From positions 250,480,001-250,544,000 of the forward strand of contig CM097882.1 of assembly GCA_044892505.1 (NCBI GenBank): a stretch of 64,000 nucleotides of DNA, given 5' to 3'. A program made the translations under genes and the position numbers. The DNA comes from Schmidtea nova (Eukaryota). Positions 12,961 through 27,227 of the stretch are shown in pieces. The notes under the pieces were generated by a model. That model worked only from the letters and a program-made list of their open reading frames with translations. It ran no database searches and was not told where the DNA came from. Positions within the stretch are counted from its first letter, which is position 1, and each line of letters starts with the position of its first letter.

Positions 12961-14546
12961 TAAATATTTGGTCGCTTAAAAAATATTATTTGGGCACTTA
13001 TATAAATTTAATTAAATCTTAATTAAATTACTAGGCGCCACAGTGCATGTGTGCTATAAAATATATTTTATGATGGACTATTTTAATTAAAAGGTTGTCT
13101 AATTAAATTATTTGTCAGAATCGAGTATTTAAATAATAATAAATAATACCACCATTTTCTAAATTCAATAAAAAAATGTTTTTCTTAACTTTAATTTAAT
13201 AATTTAAAATATGCGACTGCAATGAATATGAGTTGCTTCAAGAATACCATTCAGATTCTGAATCCTTTGAATCTGAAATAGTGCTGCCTAGTACTAAAAC
13301 AAGAAAATTCAGAACTTGGGTTACGTCCGTTGTCCTTCAAAACAGAGAAGAAGCAATGGAAAGGCTCGGAAGAAATCAAATCTGGTCACTCAAAAAAGCT
13401 ACGAAACTGAAGCTTGGATAAAAGAAATTTACCGTTGCAACCTTGTCGAAAAAGATGTCCACAATGTGAAAAGGTCATGCATCTAAAATACAAACAGCCA
13501 CAATGTGGGTGTCATCGGTTTTGAAAAAAACGGAAATTAATCAGATAACTAAAGATTCCATCATGAAACTGCTTGAGGATGGAGTCCAGAAGCCAAAAAC
13601 AATTTGTGCTAACCTATCCAACGAAATTCTCACCAATCCTGAAATTGAAGTGCCAAATGATCGCCAACTGTTAAATTTTCTTCAAACAATAAAAGGGCCA
13701 AACAGCAAAAACCTGAGTTTTGGTGAATTAATTACCCTTCTGTAGAAGTATGCCAGAATTCCAAATGACCCTGGTCAGCCATTTTTACTTTATCAACTCA
13801 CGATTGATGAGGAAGACAAGTAGAAGACTTTTCCAGAAAAAAATGTTTGACAACCCAATTGGCACAGAATCATTTCCTTTTTTGTAACAAGACGTATGTT
13901 GTCAATTGTGCCAAGGATGCCAAGTTCATTTATGCTAACAGCACTTACAAGTTGATCTGGAATGGTTTTCAAGTTCTTATTTGTGGTACAATTGATAAGA
14001 ACAAAGTGTTTCATCTGCACCAACGAAAAAAACATGATTACCAATTCATGTTTGAATGCCTTCAAATTTGGTTGGCAGCAACAAATCAGCAAACATTGCA
14101 AAATGATGGTTCAATTGCTCAAATTGCTGATGCCATCACAAATGGGTTTATTCCTCACGTGAGGAAAGCATTTGAAAGTCGATTGGCAATGCTTGCTGAA
14201 GTCACTCCAAAAAACCAAAACCAAAAAGAAGCTACAGCACAGTCGGCAGCAGCTGTTGTTGTTCCGGCTTTGTCACAAAATCCACCATTAGAAGATTATG
14301 TTGTTCATCCAGCCAAAAGGAGTCGTGGTCGACCACCAAACGCTTCTTTATCATCAACATCAAAATCAAGAAACCTTAAAAAGTCAAAATAAAAATTCAA
14401 TTGTTTTGTAACGGATCCCATTTTGTTCATCATGATTTTTAATGCTTATAAAAATCTAAAATCGTTTTTTAATAGCAAATATTTTTAGTAGCTCATATTG
14501 ATTTTTTTGTAGCCCAAATACATTTTTAAGCGATCCAAAATATTTA
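12961..14546 (+). mobile_element. Internally deleted Mutator/MULE element
   Basis: Inverted repeats at 12961-12997 and 14509-14546 (TAAATATTTGG-TCGCTTAAAAA...TATTTGGGC). Fragments IYANSTYKLIWNGFQVLICGTIDKNKVFH match the MULE DATYKLxWxGFPVL motif. C-terminal AT-hook RGRP. Confidence 0.75.
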
Positions 14547-16589
14547 AAGATAATATAATTTGACGCAGGAATTTTTTGATAAGCGCACAGCAAATTCTTG
14601 TGCCCATCAAATATGTTTAATCTTTATGTTTAATCTTTATCGTTAAATTGATGCTTCGAAGCAATTGTTGTTCTATAATATTCTTTAATTGAATTTCTGC
14701 AGAAAATATGTATAATATATCGAGTTCATTGTTTGTAACGATGGAGAATAAATTGGAGAAATATTTGAATGTTGTGGATAATTCATTGAATTTCATTGAA
14801 GCTCCTTGGATAATTGAGTAATCGCTTGACGACATCAAAATAAATAGATCGAATAAAGAAAAAGAATTCCAAAAACGAATTAATCTTTATTCAAAAAAAA
14901 TCCAATTCAAAACTTGAGAAGCAAATTAATAATTTTAAATTTCAAAAATATAAGAATCTTTTTCTTTTCATTTGAAAATAGTGTGAAAATAAAAAAGTGA
15001 TACGTAAATCAGGATAATAGAATAAATTTCATTATTTTAGTTATTATAAAGGTGAATGATTTAAAAATGTATTTTAGACTTTAAAAGTCAGTAAATGCTC
15101 ACAACCTGAGAATTCATCAAACCAATTATTTAAATTATTATAAATTTTAATTTAAAAAATTAATTGATCGGCTATGTTGAGCTACAGTTGTAGCGTCGAA
15201 AAGTAGTATATATTATTGTAGCGTACTTGATAGATGTACTTGATAGTTTTACTTGTAGTTGTACTTGTCTTTATCAATTATGATAATTTTATAGGTTTGC
15301 ATTATTTTGATTTTTGGTTTCGTTGAATGTTTATGTCTTAAAAAAATATTAACAAAATATAGACATCAGTAAAAGCAATAAAATTAATTACATAATTTAT
15401 AAATTATAATAACAAAGATGATTTAAATAAATTGAATTATATAAATCACGAAAATATATAAATTGTTAAACTATTAATGAATTGGTCACACAATGAGATG
15501 CTGATAGATGAATTGTCATAATGATAGATCACAGAATAAATTGTCAGAATAACAAGGATAAATTGATCACAAAATGAATTGTCAAGATCCGAAGATAAAT
15601 TGTTCTTGTCATTGGCTAAAATAATCGCATTTTTATGTATTGTTTGGGGTTGGCTTAACATATATGTTCAATCTGTACCTATTCATCTCTATACTATAAT
15701 TTCCACCCAACTCAAATACTTCTACTATTTTCCCTGTATCTAACACTTGCAACCAAAGAGGGAAAAGGTTGATCCGAAACAAAGTCGCCAACATATTATT
15801 ATCAATAAAAGTGAATAAACTTGAATAACCGAGTTAGGAGGTAAATAATTATCGATATGTGACTTATGGGGCAGATTGATTATCTATTAATATATAAATA
15901 TACATACGACTAGGTAAAATGTCTGAAAAGAATATAATTGTAGTTTGGGAGGTTTGGGTCAATAAAAACGAGTCAAAGCTTTCAAGTTTTGACAAGGGCT
16001 AATGTGTTAAAATGCTATATATTAATTAAATTATTAAATGATAGATAATTTTTTTTAAATTAAAATATCAAAAATCTGCATTTTAATTTGTGTCACCACT
16101 GAAGTAATTTTATCAGTGGGCTAAATTTGGATTCAAATTTCAGTTCAGTTAACTTGCACATCTCAACGGTGTTGATTCCATAAAATTACCACGAGAATCC
16201 AATTCATTATTTGAATAAAATTAACTGATATAGCTCAAATCAATGTCTTCTTGTATGATTTCGGAGTACTCTATTTCGATTATTTGGAAATGTGTTTTAT
16301 TGACAGGGACAAGAAGATTCTGAAATCGATTACCTTGAGAGAATCGTTTCAGTAAAATTTATTGATTTATGCATTTTTAACAAGCATTTATTGAAAATTA
16401 AAATTTGTTAGCGGAGTATATGAAATAGTAAGCAAAATTAACTACATGGTCGAGATTATATGATATGGATTCAATTGCAGTAGAAGATTGTAAAAAGATA
16501 TTAGTTTTTGTGTAATAACTCGAGAATATCGTAAATAAGTAAATTTTCGATTTCAATTCTCCTTAATTTAAATAGACACTGTTCGCATG

Positions 16590-16763
16590 CAAGATCAATC
16601 GAATAGCAGTTTGGATCTCCCTGCTGGAAATTACAGACTTGTTGTTATAAGTTGCCATCTTGTTAGCTTTAGTTGCGATTCTTTCAAAAACATTAGTAAC
16701 GAAGCTGTTCCTGATTGATATAGATTTCCCAGAAATTCGCATGCCGTGATGAAGACATAACAA
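16590..16763 (-). pseudogene. H2B: Histone H2B core fragment
   Basis: [49 protein letters not shown] versus canonical [49 protein letters not shown]. Both ends missing. Confidence 0.92.
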
Positions 16764-17432
16764 CTGTTAAGTTCATTTTGTTTATCAGCAACCCCCATTT
16801 ATATCTTTGACATATGAATTGAAATTAAGCAACATTCTAAAATATTCAAACACATTTAAGGCAATAAAAACGCTTTCATTGTTTTTATCAAGAGTCACCA
16901 ATTAATTCATTATTCAAAAAACAATAAATTATTAGATTTGACACAATCGACATGCTTGTCGCTCATCAAAAAATAAAGCCTTTTAAACTTATATATTCAA
17001 CGTATTTGGATTCCAATTGAATTCTTCCAATCCAAAATAAACAAAATGAAGAAACTAAACAAACGACCTTTAAAATTCAAAATACAATTAATTTATCAAA
17101 ATACAATTTTTCAATAAAAAAAATTGGCCAAAAACTCATCCCGCACACTGGCCGGAGGAAAAGAAAAAATGAAAAAGGTTATTATTACGTAAGAGCCAGA
17201 TTGCCGGAGCTGAAGAGTCTCCCAATATATCAAATAGAGGACACAATTCCAGTAAAAATAAGCGGGCCCGAAAAAAGCGTCGGAGATGCACAAATTATGA
17301 GGAAAATTAATTTTGCCTACACAAGTTGATCTAGATGCGAACTAATCCAGTGAAATTTACAGTTGGGTCAAAGATTTATATAAAAAATTTTGTAGTTCGA
17401 AAATTTTAATGATTGGTGATTAAAAATTTCTT

Positions 17433-17449
17433 TGTATTATTATTATTTT

Positions 17450-17510
<61 letters not shown>
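17433..17510. repeat. (TAT)n microsatellite
   Basis: Direct reading. Confidence 0.97.
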
Positions 17511-17511
<1 letters not shown>

Positions 17512-18779
17512 TCTTTGTATTATTTGTAATGGATGAAATACTTCCTCCAGAATTCCAAGGACTCATTGAGACACAAGGTAACATGTGGCTGTATGTGTCC
17601 GTAGAACCTTCTAATAATTCGTATGGAACTATTTTCTACTTACGAGATGAAAAAAAAAGAAGTAAAAATGAAATTTGCAGCTGTTAAAGTGCCAATAAAA
17701 GCTATCAGAATTCCACAATTAGAATTAATTTGTGCGTGTATGAGTAAATATTGTAGTATTAAAAATGTTGTGGAGTAAATGGAAAGAGGTAATTCAATCA
17801 AGAATTAATAGTGTATGAAAAAGAAAGCAGAATCCAGTAAGGTATGTTTGTGGAGGAATCAAAGAGTTGGCATAGAGATGTCAAGGGTGAGAATGGTCAA
17901 GCCTAGCTGCGGCTATAGTAAAATTAAATTAATTTTAATTGATAAAAGAGTTGATGGGATTTGGATTAGTGTGAGGCATTCAGGGACAAGCGAATTTGTA
18001 AAAAATATAAATTAAAAGAACTTTATTTAAAAAATTGTAAAAAAATTAAATAAAATGGAATTTAAAAGAATTGTAAAACAATGTGAGATTTATTTTGTGT
18101 TTTGGTCGAACCAGTTTAATGAAATTGAATTTTTAAAGATTTTAAATGTTTTAAAAATCGTTGTTTATTTAAATCAATTGAATTAATTTTGGGAGATTGA
18201 GAGTTCGAAATTTAGTTTGTAATATATTGTACGCGAATAAAATTTACATTTAAAAATTTGTCTTTGCTTTTGGATATTTAAACTATTGTTAAACGTATTG
18301 CTATTTCGAATTTAAAACCAAGTGTTCCCTTTCTAATACTTTTTATTCATTCACCTAATTTGCTCGATTCCTTTTCTAGGGTCGCAATACGCACATAAAA
18401 AGCATACTGTATATGTACCCGTGAACTTCCTACTAATTCACGTTGGAACTGTACATAACCACCAATCGCAAGCCAGCTGGTGAGCTCCTTTACAAGAACT
18501 ACTCCTGACTTGTCGCATCGTTCGTGTTCTACTTGACCGATAGAAGGTATCATTTTCTATTATTCCTTACCCTAACACGGGTCTCTCCTTTAGGGTAACT
18601 TCATCTCTTAACTCTCTCCTACCCTGTCCAATATATTTTATCTCAACACCATCAGTTATCCGCAATGTGCAACCCAATTATGACAACGAAGACAAAAATT
18701 ATAACAACAACGATGAACTGTAGGCTGTATTTTATTATCATTCTAACACACAAATTGCTTCCGTACACTAGGAATTAAT

Positions 18780-19250
18780 GTTCTCCTGCCGGATCGGAAT
18801 CTGTCCGCACTTTATTCATCTCAGCGGCCAGTCGTTGTTTCAGCTTCAATCTTCTCTGAGCGTGAGATTTCCTTCTGCTTTTCGCCTTCGGCTTGGGTGT
18901 ATCCGGTGTTAAACTCTTTTCATCTTTAATCGTCTCTGTTATAGGGAACCATTTCTCCAGAGTTAAAGGCCTAATGAGGTCAGTTAACTAGTGGCCACAA
19001 ACTTTTGGGTGATAATACGTCGACAATTACTGTTTTCTATCCTTGCTGCTTCTAACTCTACTCTCTGATCTTCTATGGTTTTCATTGCTCGACATAACTT
19101 CGACATAACTTCTCCTTCACCACATTCATCTCCTCAAGCTCCATGATTCGTCGCTTCAATCGGCCTGTTTCTCCTTGGTTCAATGACATCATTGGTATTA
19201 AATAAAACACTAAAATTATCATATGCTCAACTTGTTCAACGTCGTTTCTG
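18780..19250 (-). pseudogene. ORF-B family (coiled-coil plus basic tail), copy 1
   Basis: After removing an 11-bp duplication (AAGTTATGTCG) it reads RAMKTIEDQRVELEAARIENSNCRRIITQKFV...LIRPLTLEKWF...KAKSRRKSHAQRR, aligning with ORF 30466-31047. Confidence 0.6.
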
Positions 19251-19499
19251 GTCCTCATCATACATTCATCACGCGTCTTTCTCCTTATGTCGAAGTTTAT
19301 TGTAATCTCACTCTCCACCTACTATCTATCCTTTTCCTAGCTTTCCTCATTGAGTCTACCTCGCTCTACTATACTAGTCGCTATCTCAAAATCGCTATTA
19401 CCACTTTGGTTACTACACACTTACGACTATTAATGAACCAGAAAACTTGATAAAACGAAGTCGAAATTTAATATTTTTAGGTACTACAATTGCAAGCAT

Positions 19500-20033
19500 T
19501 ACATATATAAATACACATATACACATCACGACAAATCGATGAAGTCTATGTAGTTTTCCTCTATCTCCATTTTCAACAGCCGATGGACTATAGGGCGAAT
19601 CCGTGAACGTTTCTGGTGGAGCGGGACCCAATACAAACCTCCACAGACTCCAAAACTCCTCTACTGGAATTGTTCCTGTGAAAAAGATTTTGAATCGTCC
19701 CGGAACATCTGTGGGTGACTCCACGAAATATCTCGGCAGGTCTTCAGGATATTCTCGGTCCACGTCGATGGGCCACGACTTGCTGCCGTGTCAAGTTATT
19801 GTGTCAGTACTGTCTCGTGCTATACTAAACGGAGGTACTAGTCCCTTCTCCGTGAAAGATATACGATGTTTATCCACGATCTGCCTTGCAAGATCGGTGG
19901 GAATAATTTTGAGTGGTAACGCATATATGAGGTGATTATCTACGGGTTGTGTCTCTTGTTCATACGACTCCTGATTTTTATTATTTCCCCGATGAATTCG
20001 GATAGCGACTTTCTCCATTGATTTGCCGATCAC
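19500..20033 (-). pseudogene. ORF-A family (Trp-rich, uncharacterised), copy 1
   Basis: LPLKIIPTDLARQIV...*HGSKSWPIDVDREYPEDLPRYFVESPTDVPGRFKIFFTGTIP. One in-frame stop. Clearly homologous to 25615-25930. Confidence 0.65.
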
Positions 20034-21310
20034 TTTGAAATGATTTAATAAATGTTATGTATGCATTAATTAATGAGAACCCCATAGTTATGTTTTTAGC
20101 CGCAACCAGATGGTAGGTAATACTGTTTAAGTGGAGGGTAGTCTGTCCAGTTTACTATCATAGCAGTCTTATATTGTTCATGAGTGCTCTCAAGTACTCT
20201 TATATTTTTGGAATATTCTCTATCGATTTAATTGGCATTATTCTACTCAAGTGGGGAATATTCACTCTGCTAATTGCACATGCCGTCTCAAGTGCCATGT
20301 AAACGATTAGCTTTCGTCGCGCAGAATTTAAATTGGGCTCTACTCTTAACCTTTAAGTGCACTGTACACTGCCATCTGTCACTTGAGTTTCCCACTCTTC
20401 CTCGCTCGCGTGTACTTAGTCACTTTCATCAATTTCAGACTATGTTTAAGAGCACTTGGCTATTTCCCGTGAATTTATGCCTGGAATATGTTTCCTAAAT
20501 CGGGATGGAGTGGTTTAGAATATTTAATTCACGTTTTCTGTTACTCGGGAGTGGATTTTTGTGTTTAATACTACTACGATAAATTACAGGATTTCAGTTC
20601 GCTACATGATAATCTACGTGGATTTTAATTACGGGTTGAAATTATTTCGCTCGTGATTATCTCGACTCATCGATCGTCAAGGGTGCTGTCACAATTATCC
20701 ACGACAAATTTCTCACTACCCGCATTCGTCACTCAACTCATATTTTCTGTATGGGGCTTGTATGTTTGTGAGAAAAATGATATTCATGGAACTTCTGACT
20801 TACGACAAGTTTAATCGGATTTACTTGGATATTCGGCCTACGGATTACTATTGACATATAAATGATAAATTTAATTCGGTTTGTGAAAATTATTCATTTT
20901 CTAAATTCGCCAATACAACTTGTGGAATCTGCTCGATCAGTTTCCCGGCATTCCTCACCTACTGTCTCTAAAACTTACGAGATATTCACTCTATCGGAGG
21001 TATCTATCTCCGCCCCGTGTCGAGACACGAAACAGAGATCGATATTCCCCGGAGAGCCGACGAATTCCGTAGACCGTCCAGACCCTCGCATTATCTATAT
21101 GAGAATGATAATAACGAAGAGAAATCTTTGAGTTATGAAATATTTATTAGAATCAACAACATCACTTACAGTGTTCTTCTATGTAGAATCAATTGACAAG
21201 AATTCGTTTCCTCCGAGTGTTGTGGGTGACTGTGAAAATTACGGTCTAGTATGAATAACCTTTACGGTATAAATAACATTAACCTTAATTTGACTGTCTT
21301 GAGCGCCTCC

Positions 21311-21355
21311 TTATATAGTCAAATTGGCGCTCAGGCAGCCAATCAGAATCGAGTA
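21311..21355 (-). promoter_or_regulatory. CCAAT-box/TATA module upstream of ORF-A/B copy 1
   Basis: Minus strand TACTCGATTCTGATTGGCTG...CTATATAA. Matches 28618-28637 at 19 of 20 positions. Confidence 0.5.
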
Positions 21356-22289
21356 CTCCTTTTATTGGTTAATTTATCCGTTTCTATATTTTATTTTATT
21401 TATTCGTTTTTATTTGTTATTATATTATTTGTTTTATTCATTTCATTTATTTTTATTAATTCCTCTTATTTTCTCAATTTCTATTTTCTTTCACATTTTT
21501 ATCACTTTTTCATCGATTTTTAATTTTTATTTTGTTTTAATTGTACTCTTTTTTTCCTGTTAATGCTTTCTCGATTGTTTCCTAACTTTCATTATTATTT
21601 TATTATTTCTTACTGATTCTTTGTCATTTCTTAATTAATTGCTCACTTTATTTCTTTATTTGCTTTTGCACTAACCCAACACTATTTTTATGTTTTTGTG
21701 AAGTAATCATTAATTTCTTATTAAAATAACTTGGTATTATCTATGTTTATTTTAAATTTAAACTTATTTTTTGCTTTAAATTACTACTTTTCTTATGATC
21801 ACTTAACATATACGATGTTAGTATACCACCACCAAAAATTTAAAAAGCAGATCGTCCATAGTGACCAAAGGTTTGGCCACTCTCAGATTGCCATTTCTTA
21901 AATCTATTACTGATAATTATCAGTAGATAACTATGATAAATTATAAATAAAAAATTATTACAAATATTATGGAATTATTGTATTTTATTGTTGTAAAGTA
22001 TGGAAAAGGTGTAAAATATGCGCTATTTATTCTAAATTCAAATAATATTAAAGGGGAAATAAATTCAAAAAATGCAACCGTCATTCGACGAGCTTATTTT
22101 ATAACTAATAATATCAAAATTACGAAATATTGATTATTGCCGATTATTAATTATAAATAAAAAATTCATTTAATATGACCGTTTTATGACTATTGATAGA
22201 TATTACTAAATTAAAAAATAGACTCTTCTATACTCCCCCACCATTGAGTATTGTATAACAATACATTATAATTTATTGTAACGGATTAT

Positions 22290-22500
22290 ACAACACTAAA
22301 TCACGCAAAATACAGTCAAACAAATCATTCCCTCTCTTTGTATATAACTGAATTAACAGAGAAAAGGTTTTGATGAGTTCCCCATCTTTTGTTTTTCTGC
22401 TTAGCAACATTCCACACTGATTCGACAGTATTTGTAAACTCGCCATTGTTTGTATCGACAAAGTTTTTCGAGTGATTGACAGTTAAATGGATATAATATA
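22290..22500 (-). pseudogene. Merlin/ISXO2-like transposase C-terminal fragment
   Basis: HLTVNHSKNFVDTNNGEFTNTVESVWNVAKQK matches the HxTVNHSxxFVDPxTGAHTNTIESxW motif. Confidence 0.8.
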
Positions 22501-22675
22501 TGTTTACGTGAACATAATTCGCATCCATAAATGAATATGACTTAATAAGTAGTTCTTAGTAAACGCTTAAATACGTTTACGTGAACATAATGCACCTATC
22601 ACTGACTACTTTTCATACAATATCCAATACAATAGCCATAATATATAATTATTTATATCAAATGATAGTTTAAAT

Positions 22676-23922
22676 CAAGGGTGGCCAACCCGCGGCCCGT
22701 CCTGAACATTTGTTGACCCACGAGATTCATTACACTTTTACAAAATATATATTTTTTATAATGCTCGGGGTAATTTAAACATTCAATTACAGTTTAAATT
22801 TGTAACATTTCATTACTCACAGATTTATTTCTAGTAATACCGATATTCAAGGCAGTGACAGTATAAGAAGTTGCTATCATAATTCTTGTACTTATATTAA
22901 AATTATAAATAATTATGTAATAAAATGGTAATGACTGACGAACCTTGTTCGATTGTGGGAGCAGAGATCGGCTCGGAAATTTTATTTAGAACCATATTGT
23001 CATTCGTAAATCTCATCATTATTATTCGCATCGAGGAAAATAACAGCCTGCAAATGTTCCAATATTCAGGATAAATGGAACCAACAAGCTCAGAAAGAGT
23101 TGAAGGATCGGATAATCGAATAAGAGTCGACATATTTCAACCCATCATACGAAAAGGAAGTGCATCAGAAATTGTTACGATTCCAGCAGGTCAAGAAGAT
23201 GCTACAAACAAATTTGTACGCCACTAGATTAGAATTGATGAATTGCCGAGAAGACCTCGATCATGCGTACATCGATAAAGAGCTGCAATAAGAATCCACC
23301 CATCTGTTCCGGAAAAGAGCCAATGGATTCATCTGTGAAAGAGCATATCTCAGCACCTGGACAGAATACTGCTGCAAATATTAAAGCGTTCAAAAGACTA
23401 AAACCAAGTCAGGAAAAGCGCAAACGACAGAAGAGAAAGAACAAGGCACAAATCCAATGGCAATTCAAGAATCAAGTCGACTACTTGGCTACTCTATCGG
23501 AGAAAAACTTGATCAACTAAATCAGGGGTGGCCAACCCGTAGCCCGCCTTGGATATTTTTATGGCTCGCGAGATTCATCACGCTTTTACAAAATATATTT
23601 ATTTCATAATGGCCGGGGTAATTTATAGATTCTAATTATATCAATAAACAAATATTTTTCATTGTATTGTCGGTAATATGAGGTATGACTGCAAAGAAAA
23701 GAAGAATGGTGTACGAAAATAGTATCATTATTATTATATTATCTATGTTTACATGTAAGATTAATAGTAAACACAATAATAATAATGTTTACATTTTTCA
23801 CTCCAAAAAAATGTTTATAGTGTATCTAAATCTAATATGTGGATATATTATTTTATGTGACTCGCGGAGTTATAACGCCTTTCCAAAGTAGTCCGCAAGT
23901 TCATTTGGGCTGACCACCCCTG
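22676..23922 (+). mobile_element. Composite non-autonomous hAT element with a duplicated left end and captured ORF-B fragment
   Basis: Ends CAAGGGTGGCCAACCC (22676) and GGGCTGACCACCCCTG (23922). 8-bp TSD GTTTAAAT at 22668-22675 and 23923-23930. Second left end CAGGGGTGGCCAACCC at 23523. Confidence 0.85.
23040..23520 (+). pseudogene. ORF-B family, copy 2
   Basis: STYFNPSYEKEVHQKLLRFQQ...ATRLELMNC...AYIDKEL and VDYLATLSEKNLIN align with TTWFNP...ALKLELSNY...EFITEQL and VDLLSGLSEQELLN. Contains stops and a frameshift. Confidence 0.7.
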
Positions 23923-24222
23923 GTTTAAATAATTAATAAATAACAAAATAAGTTTTTACTCAAAATTTCCACCTAAAAAATATAGCATAGCAGCAAAGGC
24001 TTGTTTTGTTATGTATTATTTATTTAATATTTAATTAATGCAGCTACCAAGAAACCACCATGTTACAATTTCAAATAATGGTTTCTCGATAGCATCATTA
24101 AATAAATATTGAATAAAAACAAGGTAAACCTTTGCAAAGTTTTATTTGGGTAAAAATTTTCGATTATTAGATATTGGCTTTGTCAGTAGCGATGTCTGTC
24201 TATTGTTTACTATTTACTTTCA

Positions 24223-24275
24223 AAATCTGGCGTGAAAAATAATTATTAATAATAATTATTTTTCACGCCAGATTT
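24223..24275. repeat. 53-bp palindrome (25-bp arms, 3-nt loop)
   Basis: AAATCTGGCGTGAAAAATAATTATT-AAT-AATAATTATTTTTCACGCCAGATTT. Confidence 0.9.
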
Positions 24276-25614
24276 ATAATTTATTATACACTTAGTCTTT
24301 CATCAACACTTGCCATAATATATTCGATGTATTGAAGAGTAACTCATACATTGTATTTAATGGAATAATAATTAATTAAATACCCCATGGCCAAATCAAA
24401 AATAGTGCCTATCGAACAATATTGTAAAAAGATAGCTGAAAAGCAAAAATTCGAAACAAAACAACAAGATTCGTCTACTAACACTAAATTAACGGAACTT
24501 CTCAATTTGACGGATTTCAAATTTTGATTTTCAAAAAATTTATTCATATTTTCTTTATTTTCTTAAACGCATGTTGCTTTATTAGTTTATTGAGATATCC
24601 TAATTTATTTCTCGTTAGACATCCTAAATGCAAATATTAGTATGTGGTATACCTATTTTTCCAAAAATCAGTCAAACTGACGGTCAACTAATTTCATAGT
24701 AAATAGAAATAAAAATGATTTAATAATAACTGTTGGGTTAGCACAGTCGACAGAAGCGACAAAGAGTATAAAATAATAATGGAATAATTAAAAACAATTA
24801 AGGAAGTAAATTAAAAAGCGAAATAATAAAAATATAATGCGGCGTCAGTAGTTTAAAATCGGTAAATACTAAATTCTACTACAAAAAGTGAGGTAGTTAA
24901 ATTAAGGGAAACAAATCCAAACACCTTAATATGACACGTTAACTAGCATCAAAATTTTCTATTTTTCTCATTTAATCCGATAGCCAGTGAGGGAAGAGAA
25001 GGCGTAACCAGCTAACAGCATAACACGATGGGAAGTCTAATTATCCCAGATTCTTGATGATTTGGTAATGACAATAAATTTCAACTTACGTAATAGGAGT
25101 ATCCGTCGAACTAAAATTTCTGTGAAATGAAGTTAATGCGATGGTACTTATCGAGTTAACTCATTTCAGTTGTAAATAACAAGTTAATAGCCAAAACAAT
25201 TACGAGAAACGATGCTTTGATAAGAGTCTAGTCAAACTAAAATAATCATATTTTTAATGTTATTGTAGCTTAAATTAATTACAGTTGAAATAAAAATTAT
25301 ATTAAAATTGAGTCGAGAATAACTACGATTCGTGTTGTTCCCATACATTAAATAAGTTTAGGTCGAAATACAACCAACAAGGCTTTATTTTAAAGTTTAG
25401 ATATATCTGAAGCGAGGGATAGTGTCGAGCAATGGAATAAAACCACTGTAGATAAATTAAATTAAATCTAGAAGTTTTGCAATTAATAAATATATTTATT
25501 TATCATAGAGTATTAAAATGACCCATTTTCAACAATTCCTTTTCAAGGTAGTGAAGGGAGAGGAGTCAACCGTGGTGCCCGTAGCAACCCAAATCCCAAA
25601 GACATGGTAATTAT

Positions 25615-25930
25615 TTAGTTGTGGCTATGCCACTAAAGTGCATCCCCACGGATCTTGCGATGGAGATTTTGCAGGAGCACCAAACATCTTTTGCAAATAC
25701 AGGAGAAATACCATCTTTCAGTCTTTTTAGAGAGTCCCGATGAGTTCATCTGGCACGGAAGCCGGGAATGGCCGATAGACCTCGAACGACAATATCCAAC
25801 AGATTGCCCGAAATAGTTCGTGGAGTCTCCAGTGAGATCCCTGGCCAAATTACCATCCAATACACAGGAACTATTCCCAAGACAAGTTTTAGCAAATGGA
25901 CAGGATCGTGTTCAGCCCTGCTACGTCGAA
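25615..25930 (+). pseudogene. ORF-A family fragment
   Basis: AMPLKCIPTDLAMEIL...WHGSREWPIDLERQYP...FVESP...YTGTIP, with frameshifts and stops. Aligns with 19500-20033. Confidence 0.7.
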
Positions 25931-26580
25931 TGAACGTTTTTTAAATATCTATTGGTTTTCTACATTTTAAAGTAGAACCTACTGTAATGTTTGAAAGATT
26001 TATTTTCACTCATAATTCATTATTGTTACATTTTCATTCATTTTATTCAGTATCAGAACATTGCTAGGAGAACCCTAGTAGCAGAACCTCTTTTGTGATG
26101 ACTTTTATCTGACAAAGCTTATTACTCATACATATACTACAATAACAATCATTAGCATAATTCTTTATGAGCTGCGATCAATTTTTTACAGTAACAAGCA
26201 CAAATTGTGATAATGTCTTAAATTTACTAATACACTTTCAATGACAAATACTATGTAGATATTTCATGTATATTTTTATGCAGTTTTGTTATTTTGTGTG
26301 TATTTTGATGATTTTCTATGTTATCAAACTATAGTATAAAGACATTTTGTGAGGATATTTAAAATATTACGTCATAATCAGTATTGAATTTTAAAACTAT
26401 TTTATAAAGAATTTAAAAACATAACAATCTTTTAATATTACGCTGTAAAATTAAACATAAAAGAATAAAATATTAGCAAAAATAGAATTATCGTAATAGA
26501 GATAAATTATTACTTGAAATAAAAATGAACCTTGGTAAATTATTAAAATTGAATTAATCTATCTCTGGTAATTATAAAAT

Positions 26581-26672
26581 AAGATATAGTAATTTGATAT
26601 AGTAATAAGATATAGTAATATAGTAATAAGATATAGTAATAAGATATAGTAATAAGATATAGTAATATATAG
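26581..26672 (+). repeat. Minisatellite (AAGATATAGTAAT)n
   Basis: Tandem 13-mer with truncated units. Upstream 26460-26590 is also repeated at about 50830-50960. Confidence 0.85.
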
Positions 26673-27227
26673 TAATTTGGTTGTTACTGGTGGGTTGCTG
26701 TGGCTCCTACCAACAACTCAACACAAAATATTAGTTTAAGCATCTTGTTGCAGTCACAAGGTAACGCTGGTAAAGCACCAAATGGGTGGATATCCACAAA
26801 CAATGAGCGTCGAAAAATTCGAAACTAAGATTGACCGAACATCACAATGGGTTCAAGGGCTACATATAAAAGGTCTAATACTCGTTTGAGTACCTTAATG
26901 TAATTTATCACACTATTTGCTCTTAAATATACTGAAAATCGTTATCGGAGTCCTGTGATCGGTTCAAATTAATTTATCCACAAGGAAATTATAATCAACA
27001 ATACATAAGATACACAACAGTTACGCAATGAAGATGTACACAAGGAATAAAATGCATGTCAATATACAATAAAAAGTTCATCACATTACGAATATGTAAT
27101 TGCTATACAAAACTGTGACGTCGATCGATTCGAAACTCAATTTTCGAACCTGTCCTAAAACACGCGCTTCCCTTTTGCGATTTAGACGTGCTCGATCTCC
27201 ATTACTAGGTTTCCAGCGTTTTGAACG

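Noticed and set aside
17448-17687. Poly-Tyr, poly-Ile, IY-repeat and X-containing ORFs (also 7441, 32415-32862, 34190, 58982-59997)
   Set aside because: Artefacts of microsatellites or N gaps.
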